Source: Bdellovibrionales bacterium (lineage in GTDB: Bacteria > Bdellovibrionota > Bdellovibrionia > Bdellovibrionales > JAGQZY01). From it: a stretch of DNA of 64,000 nucleotides. Made by a program: the position numbers and the translations under genes. Position 1 is the stretch's first letter, and each line of letters begins with the position of its first letter. The stretch spans positions 448,001 to 512,000 of the forward strand of contig CAXRHT010000002.1 in the NCBI GenBank assembly GCA_964230645.1, written 5' to 3'. Shown here in pieces: positions 59,611 to 64,000 of the stretch. The notes under the pieces were generated by a model. The model searched no databases. It saw only the letters and a list, made by a program, of their open reading frames with translations, and was not told the origin of the DNA.

Positions 59611-60696
59611 ATGCCCTTTTATTATTTCGCAACTATTATGTTACTTTGTTTTCAATCTCTAGCTTTTAGTGAGAAAGACATATCCTTTATAGCCAGCGAT
59701 GGTCTTGAGATTGGAGGTACTTTAAGCCTTCCTGAAAACTTATCCAAACATACCCGACCGGCTCTTTTATTTTTACATGGTAGTGGTCCCCTTGACCGCG
59801 ACTTAAGAATTCCTGGAAAACTCACCGCCAACGGAAAACCAAGCTATATTTTTAAAAACATGGCTCAAAGACTCTCTAAAGAAGGCTTTATCTCCTATCG
59901 TTTTGATAAACGTGGAGTGACCAAGGCAGTACAAGGGGGAGCTCCTATCATTGACCAAGATATTTACGCCACAGCGGATGTCGATCAATTGGTTATTGAC
60001 GCTCTCTCAGCCTTAAGCGTCTTAAGAAATCATCCTAATGTAAACCCTGAAAAAATACTTCTGATCGGACTGAGCGAAGGAACTATTCTGGCTCCATTGG
60101 TGGCAAAAAAAGCAGACATTAGTGGTCTCATTTTACTCAGTGCCGCCGGTCAAAACTTAAAGGACCTCTTATATTTTCAACAAGTACAAAGAAATATTGA
60201 CTGGGCTCGTGAAAAGATCGACCTCAATGAAGATGGCTATCTCGTGCAAGAGGAGGTGGATCAGTTTCCCGCAACAAACTTCCCCTTGGAACTCATGGAT
60301 CTCGATAAAGACAGCCGAGTTTCTTTGGCCGAACTGAAAGCGCTACTGGTAGCACAACACTATAACAGTCTCGAACTTATGCTAAAAAGCCCCAGCAAAG
60401 ATTGGTATCAGCAGCACTTTGAACTAACACCAAACTATAAGACTTTGGCTTCGTTTGAAGGGCCCATTTTATTGATGCAAGGAGAGATTGATGCACAAAC
60501 GCCTCTTTCCGACGCCTTGTTGATAAAAAGTCATTTGCAAGCCAGTGGACATACCGCTTTGAGCTTTATAAGCTTTCCAAACCTTGGCCACGGCTTTTCA
60601 CCTCACATTGGAAAAAATAAAATTATTCCCACAGTAGGCCCTATGGAGCCTTATGTCCTAGAACCTCTTGTGGACTGGATGCAGGAGAATTTTTAG
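59611..60696 (+). CDS. secreted alpha/beta hydrolase with EF-hand pair insert
   Basis: HGSGPLDRD, FDKRG, GLSEG, D in 'GEIDAQ', H in 'LGHG'; DLNEDGYLVQEE and DLDKDSRVSLAE. Confidence 0.85.
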   Translation: MPFYYFATIMLLCFQSLAFSEKDISFIASDGLEIGGTLSLPENLSKHTRPALLFLHGSGPLDRDLRIPGKLTANGKPSYIFKNMAQRLSKEGFISYRFDKRGVTKAVQGGAPIIDQDIYATADVDQLVIDALSALSVLRNHPNVNPEKILLIGLSEGTILAPLVAKKADISGLILLSAAGQNLKDLLYFQQVQRNIDWAREKIDLNEDGYLVQEEVDQFPATNFPLELMDLDKDSRVSLAELKALLVAQHYNSLELMLKSPSKDWYQQHFELTPNYKTLASFEGPILLMQGEIDAQTPLSDALLIKSHLQASGHTALSFISFPNLGHGFSPHIGKNKIIPTVGPMEPYVLEPLVDWMQENF

Positions 60697-60707
60697 TTTT
60701 CTAAAAC

Positions 60708-60744
60708 AAAAAAAGCCGGAGGAACTTGGATCCATCCGGCTTTT
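60708..60744. terminator. bidirectional terminator
   Basis: A7-GCCGGA...TCCGGC-TTTT between convergent genes. Confidence 0.7.
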
Positions 60745-60768
60745 GAAATCGAAAAATACTTTTAGAGA

Positions 60769-61077
60769 TTACTGCACTTCAGAGACAAGCTTTGAATCAA
60801 TCAGTGCGCAGGTTCCCTGGGGGCCATTTTCAGTTAAAACCTTGTAGACGGCTCGGTAAGGGATTCCAATCATATTGCCATCAAGATCTAAACCGACTTG
60901 CACTTCATAAAGAGTGTGACCTGTCATTTCTAAATCTTTTTGAACAGAAACAACTTTTTTGCCCTCTTCGAGCCAATCAGAAACTTGAAATTTGATTTGA
61001 TCAGCACAGCTAATTTGGCTGGCTTGAGCTGAAGAAAATGCGAAAAAACTAATTAAAATAAGAGTAAGTGCTTTCAT
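60769..61077 (-). CDS. small secreted hypothetical protein
   Basis: ATG 61077 after AAGGAG; signal peptide (AQA-S); two Cys. Confidence 0.65.
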   Translation of the reverse strand: MKALTLILISFFAFSSAQASQISCADQIKFQVSDWLEEGKKVVSVQKDLEMTGHTLYEVQVGLDLDGNMIGIPYRAVYKVLTENGPQGTCALIDSKLVSEVQ

Positions 61078-61240
61078 TGAGTCTCCTTTATGGTTTTGCT
61101 TACAAGAAGACATACTGCAGTTACTAATTTTTTTCTATTGAAGAGATTACAACTTGACGGTTCAAAATGTAATTTGTCAAAGATGTCCCCTCATTTTAGG
61201 ACACCCATACCTTTACTATCAAAAATATTCTGAGATTATA

Positions 61241-61274
61241 AAAAAAACCCACATTCTATTCAGATGTGGGCTTT
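61241..61274 (-). terminator. intrinsic terminator of the 61296-62537 gene
   Basis: CCCACAT...ATGTGGG stem with an A-run on its left (U-tail on minus). Confidence 0.65.
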
Positions 61275-61295
61275 GAAGCATTAGTTTTGCTTACT

Positions 61296-62537
61296 TTATA
61301 ACTCTCCTGCTGGATCGGCTGTTAAGACATCCGTCTCATTGGAGAATTCTAAGGCCGTGTCCGCTGAAACTGTAGAATAGTTGGCTCCTTGATAGTCATC
61401 TAGGAAGTCCTCAAGAAAAGAACCACTGACTGACCCTCCTGAAAGAGATTGGCTCGTATCAGAACAGCGAGCTCCGTCCTGGTTCATGCTACCATCACTG
61501 GCATTCACACAACCTTCGTATAGGCTTGTTGTGGGTAAGTAATTTGAAATAAGGCTCAGCGAAAAGAGTCCGCCTGTTGTGTTAGGTTTTCCAGCAAGAA
61601 CAAACATTGTCTGATGAAAAGTAGTACCTGGGCCGTCATTTTGATCTTGCCCTCGAGCACTGAGAATATAGCCATTATCCTCGCCTTCATCGTAGTAAAG
61701 ACGATAAAAACTCATATGAGGCTCTTCCCCCGATGGTCCTTGATAATCACTCGTTCCACTTTGAGGTCCAGATACATACTCTCCTTTTAGAATGTCATTT
61801 GTGACATCGTAAAAAACCACCGTTCTTGATGTATAGTCTGTGCCTTCGTGATTGTAATTTTCTGCCGTAGCGACGTTAACCACTGAAGAACTGGCACGAA
61901 AATAATAAATTTGAGTGCCACCATTGAGTTCACTAAGGTCTATAGTAGCTTTCTTATCGTAGTTAGTGGAAGTTTCGGCATCCTCGATAACAATGTTCAT
62001 TTTGGTGCCATCTTCCAAATCGTTTACATCCGCAAAATCACACTGAGACTCCATTCCTGCTTTTAAAGCCGGAGTAAACTCAAAAGACTCCCCCTCAGAG
62101 CCTGTATTTTCTGGATAACCACTGGAGTTTCCAAGAGCGACTCCCATAGCACACATTATCCTCATCGCCCCCTGCACTCGGCCGACAACTGAGATGTCAG
62201 AACCATTGTCTCTTCTTGAGTCAGCATCAATCTCGTTACCCATATAATCTTTGGTCGAAACCATGCTACAACTACCACCTGAGCAAGCCTGATCGGGAAA
62301 GTCCGTATTGCTATCCCAGTTTCCATCGGCATCAAGATCGGGAGCTGCCGAGGCATTCACTCCTGAAGAACTTTCAGACTTAATAAAATCGAGCCGAGAG
62401 AGTTTAGACGACAAGGTCCCATAGGAATTTGTCATCGGATTGACCACCTCATTATTTCCTGAGTTGTTACTGTCATCAGAACTACAAGCAATAAGAATTG
62501 CGGGAAGTAGAATTGTCAGAAAAAATCTTACTTTCAT
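61296..62537 (-). CDS. acidic hypothetical lipoprotein
   Basis: AGGAG RBS; lipobox LIAC; Ser/Asp/Gly-rich; several Cys. Confidence 0.75.
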   Translation of the reverse strand: MKVRFFLTILLPAILIACSSDDSNNSGNNEVVNPMTNSYGTLSSKLSRLDFIKSESSSGVNASAAPDLDADGNWDSNTDFPDQACSGGSCSMVSTKDYMGNEIDADSRRDNGSDISVVGRVQGAMRIMCAMGVALGNSSGYPENTGSEGESFEFTPALKAGMESQCDFADVNDLEDGTKMNIVIEDAETSTNYDKKATIDLSELNGGTQIYYFRASSSVVNVATAENYNHEGTDYTSRTVVFYDVTNDILKGEYVSGPQSGTSDYQGPSGEEPHMSFYRLYYDEGEDNGYILSARGQDQNDGPGTTFHQTMFVLAGKPNTTGGLFSLSLISNYLPTTSLYEGCVNASDGSMNQDGARCSDTSQSLSGGSVSGSFLEDFLDDYQGANYSTVSADTALEFSNETDVLTADPAGEL

Positions 62538-62761
62538 AGATGTACTCCTAAAATGTTACAATTTCACAACTCATCGACACTTTGGGGGAAAAGCTATACA
62601 ACAATATTAGTTTAACGAATTTAAAGACTTAGGACTGTCCTATTTTTTCTATCGAAAAATAACCCTAAAAAAAAACAATGATGCTTTTCTCAATAGAATA
62701 CCTCTCTAAACGTTCGCACCTGAAGGATATTGGAAATAAAAAATGATCCTATTGAAAATCA

Positions 62762-63025
62762 TCAACTGAAAAGCTTATGACCATTTAGGTTCACATCACA
62801 GACCAAGCGATCAAAGTGAATTGAAACTGGATTTGTTAAGCGCACAAGACGATCTTCTATAATTTGCCTTAGAATTTCAGTTGTTTCTAAGTGCCCATCC
62901 TCGCCAAAGGAAGGAGTTTCAATTCCCGCGACACATACAATGTCTCCACGATGTCCATTATAGGACCAATGAGGATAAACTTTGAAAGTTTCACCATCGA
63001 TGACTTTTAAAACTTTATAGTCCAT
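62762..63025 (-). CDS. short thermonuclease (SNase)-like protein
   Basis: VLKVIDGETF, AGIETP, RLVCDV; AAGGAG RBS. Confidence 0.65.
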   Translation of the reverse strand: MDYKVLKVIDGETFKVYPHWSYNGHRGDIVCVAGIETPSFGEDGHLETTEILRQIIEDRLVRLTNPVSIHFDRLVCDVNLNGHKLFS

Positions 63026-63495
63026 AAGACTCTCCTTAAAGCATAATATGCCAAGAGTGTTTTAAAATTTTATTCAACTGGAAGCGGAAGTGCTTGAGAG
63101 AAAAGTTGAACTCAGAATCAAGAAGCAATCACTGAGGAACAAGAACAAAAAAACGATAAAGACAATCTAAACTCTTGTAAAGAATAAAATGAATTTTTTT
63201 TAGTTTTACAAACACTGCATAAAAAAAGAGGGATCGTTTTTTAAATAAAGATTCAAAAGCTTTCCAACATTTTCTCGTTAGAAATTTGTTGTTTTTTCCT
63301 AGGGGAATGAGGAAAAGGGGTTATTAACTGAGCGTGATTTTTTGACATTACCAACCTGCAATGGCTCGGGGAAGACCATTGGCCCTTTTTCAATGTGACA
63401 AAAAAATGGTAGAGGAATTATTCCCTGACTCTCTTTTAGGCATATTCTTTTGCGTTTCAGAGACACTTCCTTAACGGCCCAGGAAAATTTCAAGA

Positions 63496-64000
63496 TTATC
63501 TGAAATTGGGAATCCATTCTTCACGCAACTGGAGGATCGGCTCCTCCAATCGACTTTCAAATTCTTTCAAAATCAGTGGTGTAGCCCCTTGAGCCAATCC
63601 TCGCCCACGCTCAATAGCAAGGGATAGTTCTTGCTTCTGCCAGAAAAACACTTTTGTGCTAAACATAGCAAAGCGGGCTGCGCGATTTAATGTTTGATTG
63701 TAACCTTGCTCCTTGATGAAGGCGTAAACACCCACTTCACCTACAATATCAGTTTTGAATTTAAGAAGACAGTGCACAAAATCATGAATCCGAACATAGC
63801 GCATGGACACCGGGTAATCTTGATAAGCCTCATAGGAAAGAGAACTAAAGTTTAAGGGCTTGAGATTGTTTTCTTTTAGGAAATCAGCATAGGTACGTCC
63901 CAGTGAACCTGTTGGAAAGGAATCCAGTTCCTTTAAATTTAAGGGTTTAAAGCTCAAGTCTTTCAAAGACAGAGCTGCCTGGAAATAAGGACTTTCGTGA
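63496..64000 (-). CDS. Coq4 family protein (5' end beyond window)
   Basis: GSLGRTYADFL, HDFVH...GE; frame open to the window end. Confidence 0.78.
   Translation of the reverse strand, partial: HESPYFQAALSLKDLSFKPLNLKELDSFPTGSLGRTYADFLKENNLKPLNFSSLSYEAYQDYPVSMRYVRIHDFVHCLLKFKTDIVGEVGVYAFIKEQGYNQTLNRAARFAMFSTKVFFWQKQELSLAIERGRGLAQGATPLILKEFESRLEEPILQLREEWIPNFR

Noticed and set aside
63299..63517. 72-aa ORF and other short antisense or overlapping ORFs in the track
   Set aside because: No motifs or clear RBS; most overlap well-supported genes.

Overview
A chromosomal, gene-dense window, AT-leaning by eye. It probably comes from a Bdellovibrionota-like bacterium (inferred from many orphan lipoproteins including a 'YQNC' lipobox type, secreted proteases and lipases, an L,D-transpeptidase and a FecR/FN3 protein). 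Recognisable genes include ppk1, ppx, fadD, arginase, yqjG, a pirin, an RND permease plus TolC, the aspartic peptidase-rimK-M14 peptidase trio, a PP2C/kinase/STAS partner-switching operon, a sodium:solute symporter and a cyclic-nucleotide-gated K+ channel. I saw no rRNA, tRNA, CRISPR array, integrase or transposase. The most striking signal is non-coding. Four intergenic loci (about 12.7, 26.3, 39.3 and 46.1 kb) carry inverted dimers of a TGTC-tagged REP-like hairpin whose stems covary between loci. Each dimer is flanked on both sides by outward-running tandem arrays (period 20-26 bp) of truncated copies of its terminus, and at two loci the linkers are mirrored between the left and right arms. 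Two further long palindromic MITE-like elements occur, one nested inside the 46.1-kb locus and one at 49.0 kb. A DUF885 lipoprotein gene is split by a one-base frameshift in an A8 run. All family assignments are from motif recognition, not database searches.
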